A stretch of 64,000 nt of DNA from Rhizomicrobium sp. (GCA_035545475.1 DASZYI010000144.1:15306-79305), one strand, 5' to 3'. Counted from the first letter of the stretch, positions 10,982-21,421 are shown. Translations and numbers: made by a program. Notes: generated by a model not told the origin, from the letters alone.

Positions 10982-13900
10982 GCGCGCACGATCCCGTTCT
11001 CGCCGCCGCCGATCCCAAACATTCGGCCTGGGTTTCCGCCAATGCGGGCGCGGGCAAAACGCATACGCTTGCAAACCGGGTGACGCGATTGCTGCTGGCG
11101 AAGGCGCCGCCGGAGCGCATTCTTTGTCTGACCTATACGAAGGCGGCCGCCGCCGAAATGTCCGACCGTTTGTTCAACGTGCTCGGCAAATGGTCGATGG
11201 CATCGGACGAGGAGCTTTCCGGATACATCGCGCAGATCGGCGGAGACGATCTCAGCCCGGAAGGATTGCGCGAGGCGCGCCGTCTTTTCGCGAAGGCGCT
11301 TGAGACGCCGGGCGGATTGAAGATCCAGACCATCCATTCGTTTTGCCAGAACCTGCTGTCGCGGTTTTCGGTCGAAGCGGGCGTGCCACCGGGATTCACG
11401 GTGATCGACGAACAGACATCGCGCGAGATCATCGCGGGCGCACGCGCGCGTGTTCTGGAGCGCGCCGGTTCGGGCGACCTGGCACTGGGTACGGCGGTGT
11501 CGTTTCTGGTGACGCAGACGAGCGAACAGAAGCTGCAGGATATTCTCGATGCCGCGCTCGGCAATGAGCGGCGCAAGCTGTCGCGGGCACTGGCCGGATG
11601 CAATTCGCGCGACGGCTCGCTGACAAAGAGGATGCGCCTGTTTCACGGTGCGGACGAGAATGAGAGCGAAGACACTATTGTCGGATCGTTCTGTGCCTCG
11701 CTGAAGGCCGAGATCGCGCAGTTGAAGGCCGTCGTGGCATGGATGAAAGGCGGCAGCACGCGCGACCAGCAGCGGGCGAGCGGATTGGAACGCGCGCTGA
11801 CGATGGAATTGGGCGCGGGCGCGTTCGAAAATCTGCTTTCGTCCTTTATGACGCAGAAAGGCGAGAGTTTTGCCGAACTCGTCACCAAGAAGACGGCGCA
11901 GGCGCGGCCCGATCTTTTGAATTACTTGCAGGATCTGGAACGGCGAGTTTGCGCGGCGGAAGAAAAACGGCGCGCGGCGCATGCGGCCGCCCTTTGCGAT
12001 GCGGCGCTGACGGTGGCCGATGCGGTGCGCGACCTTTATACCGCGGAGAAACGGGCGCGCGGGGCGCTCGACTACGACGATCTCATCACCGAGACGTTGA
12101 AGCTGCTCGAACGCGGCGAGACGGCGGCCTGGGTGCTTTACAAGCTCGATGGCGGGCTCGATCACGTTCTGGTGGATGAAGCGCAAGACACCAGCCCCGA
12201 ACAATGGGCGATCCTGAAGAAGCTGACAGAGGAATTCTTTTCCGGTGCCGGGCGCGAATCCAAAACGGTGCGCACCGTGTTCGCGGTGGGCGACGAGAAG
12301 CAATCCATCTTCAGTTTCCAGGGGGCCGATCCCGCGCAATTCGACGTCAACCGGCAATATTTCGCGGGCCATATCCAGAACGCGGGATTGGCGTTCAATT
12401 ACGAACTGTTGAAGACCTCGCGGCGTTCGGTGCCGGAAGTGCTTTCGTTCGTGGATCGCGTGTTCGCCGAGGCCGATGCGCGCGACGGGCTGACTTCGCT
12501 CGGCCTCGCAATCGAACACGAGGCACTGCGCAAGGAAACGAAGGGGCGCGTCGAGTTCTGGCCGTCGATCAAGCCGGAAGACAAGGACGAACCCGATCCT
12601 TGGCGGCCCGTCGATACGCCATCCGAGGCGAGCCCAGTGGTGCGGCTGGCGGAGAAGATCGCGCGCACCATCAAGGGATGGATCGCAAACGGCGTTGCGT
12701 TGCCGGGCAAGGAACATGCGATCAGGCCCGGCGATATTATGATCCTGCTGCCGCGCCGCGAACCTTTCGGCAGCGAGATCATTCGCCAGTTGAAGGCGCT
12801 CAACGTGCCGGTGGCGGGTGCGGATCGCATTCGCATCACCGAACAGATTGCGGTGCAGGATCTGATTGCGCTGGGACGTTTCGCGCTGCTGCCAGAGGAC
12901 GATCTGACTCTCGCAACCATTCTGCGTTCGCCGCTGGCCGCCGTGAGCGAAGAGACGTTGTTCGAATTGAGCCATCAACGCCGGGGAACGCTTTGGCAGT
13001 CCTTGCAGAACAACGCCGACGAGATGCTTGACGATACGCGCGCGTTTCTTTCCGAATGTCTGGCGCGGGCGGATTTCGTGCCGCCTTACGAGTTCTTCGC
13101 CCATGTTCTGACGGTGCGCGGGATGCGGCTGAAGCTGCTGGCGCGGCTGGGCGCGGAGGCGAGCGACGCGATCGAGGAATTCCTGTCGCTCGCGCTTGCT
13201 TACGAAGCGCAGAATCCGCCCTCGCTCGAAGGCTTCCTGCACTGGATCGAACGTGGCGGCGCGGAGATCAAGCGCGACATGGAACGCGGGCGCGACGAAG
13301 TGCGGGTGATGACGGTGCACGGCGCGAAGGGACTGGAAGCCGACATCGTGATCCTGCCGGACACGACGCGCGAAGCCTCCAACGCACAGAAGCGGCAGTT
13401 GCTTTATGCCAATGACGGCGTGCTGTTCTCGGTGCCGGATGCGATTGCGCCGCAGGCGGTGAAGGCGGCCAAGCAGATGGCGAATGCCGAGGCGCTGAAC
13501 GAGCACAAGCGGCTGCTTTACGTCGCGCTGACGCGGGCAAAGGAGCGGCTCTACATCTGCGGCTTCGAAACCAGAAAGGGCGTGCGGCCGGATTCCTGGT
13601 ATGCGCTGATGGAGCGCGCGGCCAATGAATTGGGCGTCGCGGTGGAACGCGGCGGGGAGACCATTCGCATCTATGGCGAACGGGAAGACGGCATTTCCAA
13701 AAAGGCCGCGGCGGCTGAAATTGCGAAACCGCACTTGCCCAAATGGGCGACGACGGCCCCGAAAGAGATCGCAGAGCGTCCGCGCATCGTACGGCCTTCG
13801 CTGATCGAGACACCGCCCTCCCCGCTTTCGCCGCTCACGCAGGAAGGACGCAAATTCAAACGCGGCGTTCTCATCCATGCGCTGCTGGCGCGGTTGCCGG

Positions 13901-14382
13901 ACGTCGCGGCGGAATTGCGCAGCGAGGTCGCGCGCAAATTCCTTGTCGCGCGCGATGTGCCGGAGGCTGACGCGCAAGCCTTGGCCGCGGAAATCCTGCG
14001 CGTGCTGGCGGACGAGACGTTTGCGCCCGTCTTTGCGCCCGGTAGCCGGGCCGAGGTGGCGCTCGCCGCCGAGTTGCCGGAACTGGACGGCATCAAGGTG
14101 AATGGGCGCGTCGACCGGCTGGCAGTTTCGGACGGCGAGGTTCTGGTGCTGGATTTCAAGACGGACCGGACGGTTCCGGAAACAGAGACCCATGTGGCTA
14201 GCGGCTACCTCGCCCAGATGACGCTCTATCGCTCGGCCTTGCGGCGCGTGTTTCCGGCCAAAAAGGTGGTTTGCGGGCTGCTTTGGACGGCCGGCCCCCG
14301 GCTGATGCGCCTGTCCGATGGCCTGCTCGACGCACAGCTTGCGCGGGTTCAAGACCTTGACCCCCAGGGGGCGCGTTCCTAG
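10978..14382 (+). CDS. addA: Double-strand break repair helicase/nuclease AddA
   Basis: [74 protein letters not shown]...LDFKT; ATG overlaps addB stop (ATGA). Confidence 0.93.
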   Translation: MSAHDPVLAAADPKHSAWVSANAGAGKTHTLANRVTRLLLAKAPPERILCLTYTKAAAAEMSDRLFNVLGKWSMASDEELSGYIAQIGGDDLSPEGLREARRLFAKALETPGGLKIQTIHSFCQNLLSRFSVEAGVPPGFTVIDEQTSREIIAGARARVLERAGSGDLALGTAVSFLVTQTSEQKLQDILDAALGNERRKLSRALAGCNSRDGSLTKRMRLFHGADENESEDTIVGSFCASLKAEIAQLKAVVAWMKGGSTRDQQRASGLERALTMELGAGAFENLLSSFMTQKGESFAELVTKKTAQARPDLLNYLQDLERRVCAAEEKRRAAHAAALCDAALTVADAVRDLYTAEKRARGALDYDDLITETLKLLERGETAAWVLYKLDGGLDHVLVDEAQDTSPEQWAILKKLTEEFFSGAGRESKTVRTVFAVGDEKQSIFSFQGADPAQFDVNRQYFAGHIQNAGLAFNYELLKTSRRSVPEVLSFVDRVFAEADARDGLTSLGLAIEHEALRKETKGRVEFWPSIKPEDKDEPDPWRPVDTPSEASPVVRLAEKIARTIKGWIANGVALPGKEHAIRPGDIMILLPRREPFGSEIIRQLKALNVPVAGADRIRITEQIAVQDLIALGRFALLPEDDLTLATILRSPLAAVSEETLFELSHQRRGTLWQSLQNNADEMLDDTRAFLSECLARADFVPPYEFFAHVLTVRGMRLKLLARLGAEASDAIEEFLSLALAYEAQNPPSLEGFLHWIERGGAEIKRDMERGRDEVRVMTVHGAKGLEADIVILPDTTREASNAQKRQLLYANDGVLFSVPDAIAPQAVKAAKQMANAEALNEHKRLLYVALTRAKERLYICGFETRKGVRPDSWYALMERAANELGVAVERGGETIRIYGEREDGISKKAAAAEIAKPHLPKWATTAPKEIAERPRIVRPSLIETPPSPLSPLTQEGRKFKRGVLIHALLARLPDVAAELRSEVARKFLVARDVPEADAQALAAEILRVLADETFAPVFAPGSRAEVALAAELPELDGIKVNGRVDRLAVSDGEVLVLDFKTDRTVPETETHVASGYLAQMTLYRSALRRVFPAKKVVCGLLWTAGPRLMRLSDGLLDAQLARVQDLDPQGARS

Positions 14383-14425
14383 ATTCACTCAACAGAACGC
14401 ATCCTCCCAACCCAAGGAACACAAT

Positions 14426-14749
14426 ATGTCGGCCCCGCTCAAAGTTTCGGACAGCTCGTTTCAGACGGATGTGCTTTCGTCCAAGAAACCTGTCGTCGTG
14501 GATTTCTGGGCGGAATGGTGCGGGCCTTGCCGCATGATCGCCCCGGCGCTGGAGGAACTCGCGACCGAGCTGGGCGAGAAGGTGACCGTCGCCAAAATCA
14601 ACATCGACGAGAACCCGCATGTGCCGACGAAATACGGCGTGCGCGGCATTCCCACGCTGATGATCTTCAGCCAGGGTCAGGTCGCGGCGACGAAGGTTGG
14701 CGCGCTGCCGAAATCCAAGATCAAGGAATGGATCGAAGCGTCGATCTGA
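14426..14749 (+). CDS. trxA: Thioredoxin
   Basis: [15 protein letters not shown]; AAGGAA SD before ATG 14426. Confidence 0.95.
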   Translation: MSAPLKVSDSSFQTDVLSSKKPVVVDFWAEWCGPCRMIAPALEELATELGEKVTVAKINIDENPHVPTKYGVRGIPTLMIFSQGQVAATKVGALPKSKIKEWIEASI

Positions 14750-14760
14750 CGTTCTGGTTT

Positions 14761-14973
14761 TCATATCGCAGCCTCACCCGCCGCGCCTTCCGCGCGTCGA
14801 CCTTCCTGCTTTTGGGGAGGTAAGGTTTTGTATCTCGCTGCTTCCATCGCCGCTTTCAGCTTCTGCATGCGCAGCCGCGCCTGTTTGCGTAAGCTGCGCA
14901 TTTCGGCGGTGTGAAGGCCCGTTTTGAAGGCATTGCGATTGCCTGGCTGGCCGCCGCGTTTCTTCGCGGTCAT
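14761..14973 (-). CDS. Small basic hypothetical protein with RGGQPGNRNAxKxG motif (reminiscent of phage terminase-small-subunit-like N-termini)
   Basis: 70 aa; start overlaps the stop of the upstream ORF (ATGA); C-terminus runs through a dispersed repeat. Confidence 0.55.
   Translation of the reverse strand: MTAKKRGGQPGNRNAFKTGLHTAEMRSLRKQARLRMQKLKAAMEAARYKTLPPQKQEGRRAEGAAGEAAI
14772..14824. repeat. Dispersed palindromic repeat, copy 1
   Basis: CCTCACCCGCCGCGCCTTCCGCGCGTCGACCTTCCTGCTTTTGGGGAGGTAAG, alignable to 18949-18999. Confidence 0.7.
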
Positions 14974-15269
14974 TGCTCACCATTCGTTTTCAAATTTTCG
15001 GGGGTGGGGTCCCTCCCCTTCTCGCGGACGGTGACGGTGTGATGGGTGCCCGGACGCTTCAGCCGGGCGAGCGCGGTGGCGGCCATGGCGCTGGCCTGCA
15101 TCATGCGGCTGGCGATCTTCATGCTTTCAAGCTGAACCCTCGAATCTCCGTTTTCGAAGCCGAAGCGGAATGCCCCCATGACCGCCGAATGGCATTCGCA
15201 AAGCTCGGCATGGAGCAATTCCATGGCCTGATCGAGGACAGGATCGGACTGTTGAACGTATTCTGACAT
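14970..15269 (-). CDS. Hypothetical helical protein (99 aa)
   Basis: AAGGAG SD (plus-strand 15281-15286) and near-consensus sigma70 promoter upstream; coupled to the next ORF. Confidence 0.65.
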   Translation of the reverse strand: MSEYVQQSDPVLDQAMELLHAELCECHSAVMGAFRFGFENGDSRVQLESMKIASRMMQASAMAATALARLKRPGTHHTVTVREKGRDPTPENLKTNGEQ

Positions 15270-15294
15270 AAGTTTATCATCTCCTTTATGTTGG

Positions 15295-15323
15295 ATAGTA
15301 TGCTGATGTAGGTGCGAAGTCAA
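15295..15323 (-). promoter_or_regulatory. sigma70 promoter TTGACT-N17-TACTAT for the two small ORFs
   Basis: Minus strand reads TTGACT TCGCACCTACATCAGCA TACTAT. Confidence 0.75.
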
Positions 15324-15459
15324 GGATTATGTTCTTAAATAGATTCAAGGGTTTACGCGCTAGGCAAACGTCATCAAACAGGCCGCGACGCCCCGGAGGG
15401 GAAAGGCAAGGACGTCTCCGATGCGGACGAACCGCCTTTTTGGCCGCAATCTCCGGGCG

Positions 15460-15488
15460 TTGCGGGGCCAGTACCCCGTGGCTATAAG
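15460..15488 (+). promoter_or_regulatory. sigma70 promoter of tRNA-Pro, TTGCGG-N17-TATAAG
   Basis: Exact 17-nt spacer, 18 nt upstream of the tRNA. Confidence 0.7.
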
Positions 15489-15506
15489 GGCGCCCCGATC
15501 TGAAAC

Positions 15507-15583
15507 CGGAGAGTAGCTCAGCCTGGTAGAGCACCACGTTCGGGACGTGGGGGCCGGAGGTTCGAATCCTCTCTCTCCGACCA
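15507..15583 (+). tRNA. tRNA-Pro (anticodon CGG)
   Basis: Full cloverleaf: acceptor CGGAGAG/CTCTCCG, D-arm GCTC/GAGC, anticodon stem CCACG/CGTGG with loop TTCGGGA, T-loop TTCGAAT, encoded CCA. Confidence 0.97.
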
Positions 15584-16072
15584 TTGTTTTCGATGGGTTA
15601 TCGAAATTGGCGGCCCACATTCCGTCCAGATCGTCTCTGGTCTGCGAAGCCGCTTATCGCGCTGTCGTAATAAGCCGATCCAGCAACGGCATTCGTTCCG
15701 AAATCAAATGGCTCAGCCATGACAAAAGACGGTGAAAGAACTTTCGCCACGCGTCCTTGCGGTGCTCCGTAACGAAACCAAGGAGCCACACCGTTACCAG
15801 CGTCGCGAACACAATCGTCATTACGCTGGTCAGCGGAAGAGCAACGGATGATGTGTCAGAAAAAAATGTGCATCCGGCAGCCCGATACGCGACTCGCCTT
15901 GCCCATCTGCCACTGTCCGCCCCAAGACGAAATACCGCACTACACCAGCGGGAACCTTTGGTCTGTCTGCTAGTTGACGTAGCCAGACGCCCGAACCAGG
16001 AAAGAGGTGGCGGCGCATCATGTTAACCATTAGACAAAAGCGGATCGGCGATTTCGCCTGCGAGGGCTGGCG

Positions 16073-16435
16073 GTGCGAATTCTGATCATCGAGGACGAAT
16101 TCCTCGTCGCCGACTATCTGGAGCAAATCGTGCGGGAGATGGGGCACGACGATGTTTTCGTGGCCTACGATATTGCCACCGGCACCAGAATGCTGGACGC
16201 GATCGAGCCGGATTTTGCCATTCTCGACGTGAATGTTGGCGAGGCACTGGTCTTTCCTTTGGCAGCCGAACTGTTGCAGCGGAAGATTCCGTTCGTCTTC
16301 TCGACCGCCAAACCCGAGAGCAGCTTTCCCGACGAATGGCGCAATTATCCCATCCTCCCCAAACCGGTGGACACGAAAAGGCTTGGGGTCGCGATCTCGA
16401 CGTTGGGACCTGCCGGGCCGAAATCATCGAACTGA
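16073..16435 (+). CDS. Single-domain response regulator (receiver only)
   Basis: ILIIEDE, AILDVN (phospho-Asp), PFVFST, LPKP. Confidence 0.85.
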   Translation: MRILIIEDEFLVADYLEQIVREMGHDDVFVAYDIATGTRMLDAIEPDFAILDVNVGEALVFPLAAELLQRKIPFVFSTAKPESSFPDEWRNYPILPKPVDTKRLGVAISTLGPAGPKSSN

Positions 16436-16507
16436 TTTCAACCTTTGCGGGCTGTGGGTTTGCCGTCCTGCTTGTTAGGGTGATCCGCCAGCGGAGTCTT
16501 TCCAACA

Positions 16508-17560
16508 ATGTCCAAGAGCCAGTCCGCCTATCTGGACCTGCTGCGGATTGTTGCGGCGTTGACCGTTTTGTTGTCGCACGTTTCCCGCACCAATCTGAGC
16601 GGCGGCTTCCTCTGGCAGGTACAGGCGGCCGGCCACGACGGCGTTATCGTCTTCTTCGTGCTGTCGGGCTACGTCATCAGCTATGTCGCAGACTCGCGGG
16701 AACGGCATGGCGCAGACTTTGCGATGTCGCGGTTGACCAGGCTTTACTCCGTGGTGCTGCCCGCACTGGTGTTGACTTATGTGGCGGATCGCGTCGGCAT
16801 GGCTTACGCGCCCGAACTTTATCGCGCCGCACATCACAGCGATCCGCTTCTTCGAATTGCAAGTGCAGGGCTGTTTCTCAGCCAGAGCTGGCATTTCGAC
16901 ATCGAGCTGTTTTCCAACACGGCCTATTGGTCGCTGCCGTTCGAATTCTGGTATTACGTCTTGTTCGGCGTTTTCGTATTCATACCGGGCAAAATGCGCT
17001 ATGCGGCGCTTGCCGTTGCCGCGGCCATCGCGGGACCGAAGATCCTGCTGCTGCTTCCCGTCTGGCTGTTGGGCGTAGCGAGCTATCGGGCGCGGACGCT
17101 TCCTTTGTCACAGACGGCGGCGTGGCTGCTTTTCGTGCTTTCGGCAGCGGCCACCGTTGCGATGATCTTCGCCGACATGAGCGGATTTTCACATCCGCAC
17201 TATGCCGGCTGGGCGGACGATGCTTCGCCTATCGACTACGCGCTGGGAGTGTTGGTGGCGGCGAATCTCTTCGCAGCGTCGCGTCTGGCCCTGCCCCTGG
17301 CGCGGATGGCACGCGCGATCAGGTATGTCGCCGGAATGACGTTTTCGCTCTATCTCTTTCATCTTCCCCTCCTCTATCTCTTCGCATCCTGTCTTGCGCT
17401 ACCGGACAATCCCTATGTGCGCGGGCCGATACTGGCAGCGATGGCGCTTGTGGCGTGCGAGGTGCTTTCGCATCTGACGGAACGGCGCAACGGGGATTTG
17501 AAGCGGATGCTCTCGCGGCGGCTGGGCTTGCGGATGCAGGCGCAAGCGGTCGCGCCGTAG
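16508..17560 (+). CDS. Acyltransferase-3 (OafA-like) membrane O-acyltransferase
   Basis: LDLLRIVAAL, GVIVFFVLSGY, WSLPFEFWYY, SLYLFHLP, multiple TM segments. Confidence 0.88.
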   Translation: MSKSQSAYLDLLRIVAALTVLLSHVSRTNLSGGFLWQVQAAGHDGVIVFFVLSGYVISYVADSRERHGADFAMSRLTRLYSVVLPALVLTYVADRVGMAYAPELYRAAHHSDPLLRIASAGLFLSQSWHFDIELFSNTAYWSLPFEFWYYVLFGVFVFIPGKMRYAALAVAAAIAGPKILLLLPVWLLGVASYRARTLPLSQTAAWLLFVLSAAATVAMIFADMSGFSHPHYAGWADDASPIDYALGVLVAANLFAASRLALPLARMARAIRYVAGMTFSLYLFHLPLLYLFASCLALPDNPYVRGPILAAMALVACEVLSHLTERRNGDLKRMLSRRLGLRMQAQAVAP

Positions 17561-17691
17561 CCCAACGAAAGTAAACGAAAGCTTACCGAATACGCGCCGA
17601 TGGCTGCTTTCGGGGATCGCTCCGGTTAACAGGTTGGAAACGCGGATCGGCAATACTTGCCGCCTCAGTTTCGAAGCCCGCGGGATTTCCG

Positions 17692-18945
17692 ATGCTCAAT
17701 ATCCTCATCGTCATGCTTTATGCAGCAGCAGCCGCGATTGCAGGCGGCGCAATCGGCATGTGGTTCGGCTTGCCGATCTCGCAAGGCATGACGCTTTCGG
17801 TGCTGTTCGCGGTGATCGGGGCGCAAATCCATCTCGGCCTGCTGCGCGGCAAGGACAGGAAGCGGACGACGCGCGACATTCGCATGCTGAAGCGGGCGGG
17901 ATTGTCGTTCCAGAAATCGCTGGAACAGACGAGCGAGAAGATTTCCGAGATTACGCAGATCGTCGAAACGCGCACCAACGAGAACAACCGCAAGATCGTC
18001 TCCGAATTGCAGATGCTCGAAGGGCTGATGCGCGAATTCGCAAGCCGCATCTCCAACAAGGCAAAGGAGATTCCGGCGCAGCCGCAGCGTATGGCACTGC
18101 CGACACCCCAAAGCGGCGCCTTCAACGCGCTGGGCGATTCCAAGATGCTGGAGATGATCCGCACTTCGCTGGAACAGAACCGCGTCGATCTGTATCTGCA
18201 GCCGACCGTGAGCCTGCCGCAACGCAAGCTGCGTTACTATGAAGCGCTGTCGCGGCTGCGCGCCGAAGACGGCACCGTCATCATGCCTGCCCAATATATG
18301 CGCATTGCCGCACCCGCCGGATTGATGAGCGTGGTGGACAATCTGCTGCTGTTCCGTTGCGTGCAGGTGGTGCGCCGGTTGACGCAAAAGAACAAGGAAA
18401 TCGCCATCTTCTGCAACATCGCCGGCGATACGCTGGGCGATGCGGAGTTCTTCCCGCAATTCCTGGAATACATGCATCACAATCGCGATCTTGCGGGGCA
18501 GATCGTGTTCGAGTTCTCGCAGAGCGCGATTGCCAAGGCGGGACAGGCGGGAGAAGCCAATCTCTCTTATCTGGCACAGCTTGGATTTGCGCTATCGCTC
18601 GATCATGTTGAAACGCTGGCGCTCGACTTCGCCAAGCTGAAGCGGCTGGGCTTCCGGCACATCAAGATCAAGGCATCGACGCTGGTGGGCGGCATGGACA
18701 ACGCCAAGGCCATGGTCACGGCGGAGGATTTCAAGGGCCTGCTCGCGCGCCATGGGCTGAACCTGATTGCAGAGCGCGTGGAAGACGAGAAGACGGTCGT
18801 GCAGCTCCTCGACTATGGCGTGGACTTCGCGCAGGGCTATCTGTTCGGCGAACCGCGCGCGGTGCGAGACGACGTGTTGAGGGATGCGGCACCGGAAAAG
18901 AAGGCCGGACCGGCTGCGGTGATACCGCTGAAGCGGGCGAGTTGA
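17692..18945 (+). CDS. Membrane-anchored degenerate EAL-domain protein, TipF-like
   Basis: Two N-terminal TM helices, coiled-coil-like region, YEALSRL, but DDFGTG loop replaced by LDHVETL; AQGYLFG at C-terminus. Confidence 0.8.
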   Translation: MLNILIVMLYAAAAAIAGGAIGMWFGLPISQGMTLSVLFAVIGAQIHLGLLRGKDRKRTTRDIRMLKRAGLSFQKSLEQTSEKISEITQIVETRTNENNRKIVSELQMLEGLMREFASRISNKAKEIPAQPQRMALPTPQSGAFNALGDSKMLEMIRTSLEQNRVDLYLQPTVSLPQRKLRYYEALSRLRAEDGTVIMPAQYMRIAAPAGLMSVVDNLLLFRCVQVVRRLTQKNKEIAIFCNIAGDTLGDAEFFPQFLEYMHHNRDLAGQIVFEFSQSAIAKAGQAGEANLSYLAQLGFALSLDHVETLALDFAKLKRLGFRHIKIKASTLVGGMDNAKAMVTAEDFKGLLARHGLNLIAERVEDEKTVVQLLDYGVDFAQGYLFGEPRAVRDDVLRDAAPEKKAGPAAVIPLKRAS

Positions 18946-18948
18946 AGG

Positions 18949-18999
18949 CCCCACCCGCCGCGCTTCGCGCGTCGACCTCCCCGCGGTGGGGGAGGTAAG
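18949..18999. repeat. Dispersed palindromic repeat, copy 2
   Basis: CCCCACCCGCCGCGCTTCGCGCGTCGACCTCCCCGCGGTGGGGGAGGTAAG; two hairpins (GCGC-TTC-GCGC, CCTCCCC/GGGGAGG). Confidence 0.7.
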
Positions 19000-19034
19000 T
19001 TGACGATCTGTAGTCCGTGTGCGACCGCTCCACT

Positions 19035-19898
19035 ATGACATCCAATATCCAAATCCTTTCCGGCCTTCGCGATATTGCCGACGAGTACGATGCGCTCGTC
19101 TGCGACGTGTGGGGGGTTTTGCACAATGGGCGCGCGCCGTTTCTGGCGGCGGCCGACGCGTTGCGAGCGTTTCGCGACCGGCGCGGGCCGGTGGTGCTGT
19201 TGTCCAATGCGCCGCGGCTGGTTGCAACCTTGATGAAGCAGTTTGAGCACATCGGCGTTCCGACGGATTGTTTCGACGCGGTGGTGACGTCCGGCGTGGC
19301 GGCACGCAGCGAGCTTGACGCGCGCTCGCGCGGAAAGAAACTTGCCATGTTCCATCTGGGACCGGAGCGGGACCGCGACGTGTTCGAGGGTCTGCCGAAC
19401 GTCGAAAGCGTGGCGGAAGACGACGCCGAGATCGTTCTTTGCACCGGATTGTTCGACGACGACCGCGAGACGCCGGAAGATTATGCGGAGCGGCTGGCAA
19501 AGCTGAAGGAACGCTCGCTGACCATGCTCTGCGCCAATCCCGACATCGTGGTGCAGCGGGGCGGGCAACTGGTTTACTGCGCGGGCGCTCTGGCGCGGGA
19601 ATATGAGAAGATCGGTGGAGAAGCGATCTATTTCGGAAAGCCGTATCCGGCGATCTACGATCTGACCCTGGAGACGATGCGCAAGACCTGCGGGCGCACG
19701 GTGATGCGCGTGCTGGCGGTGGGCGACGGGATGGCGACCGACCTTAAGGGCGCCAACGGAATGGGATTCGATGCGCTGTTCATCGCCCACGGCATCCACG
19801 CGGCGGAGCTGGGGGAAATGACCCATGAAACCCTGACGCAACTCTTTGAAAAATCAGGCGTTTGGGCGCGCGCGGCGATGCGCGAGCTTGTCTGGTGA
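19035..19898 (+). CDS. HAD-superfamily hydrolase, subfamily IIA
   Basis: CDVWGVLHNG, LSNAPR, CANPD, GKPY, VGDGMATDLKGA. Confidence 0.9.
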   Translation: MTSNIQILSGLRDIADEYDALVCDVWGVLHNGRAPFLAAADALRAFRDRRGPVVLLSNAPRLVATLMKQFEHIGVPTDCFDAVVTSGVAARSELDARSRGKKLAMFHLGPERDRDVFEGLPNVESVAEDDAEIVLCTGLFDDDRETPEDYAERLAKLKERSLTMLCANPDIVVQRGGQLVYCAGALAREYEKIGGEAIYFGKPYPAIYDLTLETMRKTCGRTVMRVLAVGDGMATDLKGANGMGFDALFIAHGIHAAELGEMTHETLTQLFEKSGVWARAAMRELVW

Positions 19899-19946
19899 CG
19901 GGCTGACCGATAAGACGAGGGCTCAACTGAGAGGGGCCTTGGGACG

Positions 19947-20369
19947 ATGGGTTATTACGTCGAAGATTTGAAACCGGGGATGTCGGAGAGCTACGTCCAC
20001 ACCGTCACCGAACGGGACATCCAGATGTTCGGCGAATTGTCGGGCGACATGAACCCCGCCCATTTCGACGAAGCCTATGCCGCCACCACGCCGTTCAAGA
20101 CGCGTATCGCGCACGGAATGTTGTCGGCGAGCTACATCTCGACCATCCTGGGCATGAAGATGCCGGGGCCGGGCACGATCTTCATGAGCCTGACAACAAA
20201 GTTCAAAGCCCCGGTCAGAATAGGCGACGAGGTGACGGCGACCTGTACGGTGCGCGAAGTGATCGCAGAAAAGCGGCGCGTGATCTTCGATTGTGTGTGC
20301 AAGGTCAAAGACCTTGTGGTGATCGAAGGTGAGGCCATGGTCATGGCCCCGTCGCGGCCGAAAGGATAA
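19947..20369 (+). CDS. MaoC-family (R)-specific enoyl-CoA hydratase
   Basis: SGDMNPAHFDE, IAHGML, FKAPVRIGD hot-dog fold motifs. Confidence 0.9.
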   Translation: MGYYVEDLKPGMSESYVHTVTERDIQMFGELSGDMNPAHFDEAYAATTPFKTRIAHGMLSASYISTILGMKMPGPGTIFMSLTTKFKAPVRIGDEVTATCTVREVIAEKRRVIFDCVCKVKDLVVIEGEAMVMAPSRPKG

Positions 20370-20380
20370 GACGCGCGCGC

Positions 20381-21325
20381 ATGCGCATCTTTCGTCACTA
20401 TCAGGATATTCCCGATGCGTTCAAAGGCGCGGCGGTGGCGCTCGGCAATTTCGATGGCGTGCATCGCGGGCACCAGGCGCTGATCGGCGAGGCGGGACGC
20501 ATTGCCAGGGCGAAGGGCGTGCCGTTCGGCGTGATCGCGTTCGAGCCGCATCCGCAGGAGTTCTTCCGGCCCCAGAGGGAATCGTTCCGGCTGACGCCGT
20601 TTCGCACCAAGGCGCGGCTGATCGCAGAACTGGGCGCGGACGTGATGTACGCCCTTTCGTTCGATGCGGAGATGGCGAAGAAACAGGCGCATGAGTTCGT
20701 TGCCGACGTACTGGTGAACGGGCTTGGCGTTTCGGCCATCGTGGTGGGAGAAGATTTCCAGTTCGGCAAGGGACGAACGGGAAATGTGTCGTCGCTGACC
20801 GAAATGGGAAAGCAGCACGGTTTCGATGTGACGGTGTTCGAACCCGTTACGGCGGAAGGAACCGAGAAGATTTCCTCAACGCGTATTCGCGAAGCGCTGA
20901 AACAGGGCCGGCCGGGAGAGGCGGCGGAATTGCTGGGGCGTTGGTGGAGCGTGGAAGCGCGCGTCGAACACGGCGATGCACGCGGACGCACCATCGGTTT
21001 TCCCACCGCGAACATGAGGATCGACGATTTCCTGCGGCCCGCTTATGGCGTTTATGCCGTGCGCGCAACGGTGATCGAGGACGACAAACCCGTCGGCCGT
21101 TACAATGGCGTGGCGAATTTCGGCGTGCGGCCCATGTATAAGATCGAAACGCCGCTGCTGGAAACATTCCTGTTCGATTTCAACGGCGACCTTTACGGCA
21201 AGCATTTGTCGGTGGAGCTGGTGCACTACATCCGGCCGGAAGCGAAGCTGAATGGGCTTGAGGCATTGAAGGCGCAAATCGCAAAAGACAGCGACGAGGC
21301 GCGTAAGGTATTGGCGAAAATTTGA
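20381..21325 (+). CDS. ribF: Bifunctional riboflavin kinase/FAD synthetase
   Basis: GNFDGVHRGHQ, ISSTRIR, GRTIGFPTAN, GVYAV, ETFLFDF. Confidence 0.95.
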   Translation: MRIFRHYQDIPDAFKGAAVALGNFDGVHRGHQALIGEAGRIARAKGVPFGVIAFEPHPQEFFRPQRESFRLTPFRTKARLIAELGADVMYALSFDAEMAKKQAHEFVADVLVNGLGVSAIVVGEDFQFGKGRTGNVSSLTEMGKQHGFDVTVFEPVTAEGTEKISSTRIREALKQGRPGEAAELLGRWWSVEARVEHGDARGRTIGFPTANMRIDDFLRPAYGVYAVRATVIEDDKPVGRYNGVANFGVRPMYKIETPLLETFLFDFNGDLYGKHLSVELVHYIRPEAKLNGLEALKAQIAKDSDEARKVLAKI

Positions 21326-21403
21326 TTTCTCTCTCCCGCATGGGAGACGATTGCATATATCCGGAAGCGTGCCCCGTTTCCGCGTAGATATGCTCATTGA
21401 GGA

Positions 21404-21421
21404 TGGTGGGTGATGAAGGAC
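21404..21421 (-). mobile_element. att core: displaced tRNA 3' end (attR-type)
   Basis: Minus strand GTCCTTCATCACCCACCA = end of T-loop, T-stem 3' strand, acceptor 3' strand, discriminator and CCA, with no 5' tRNA half upstream. Confidence 0.7.

Noticed and set aside
15598-16026. Small ORFs between tRNA-Pro and the receiver gene
   Set aside because: No SD or recognisable motif; overlapping candidates conflict
15560-17690. Integrated islet at tRNA-Pro with a direct repeat
   Set aside because: No duplicate of the tRNA-Pro 3' end and no integrase found
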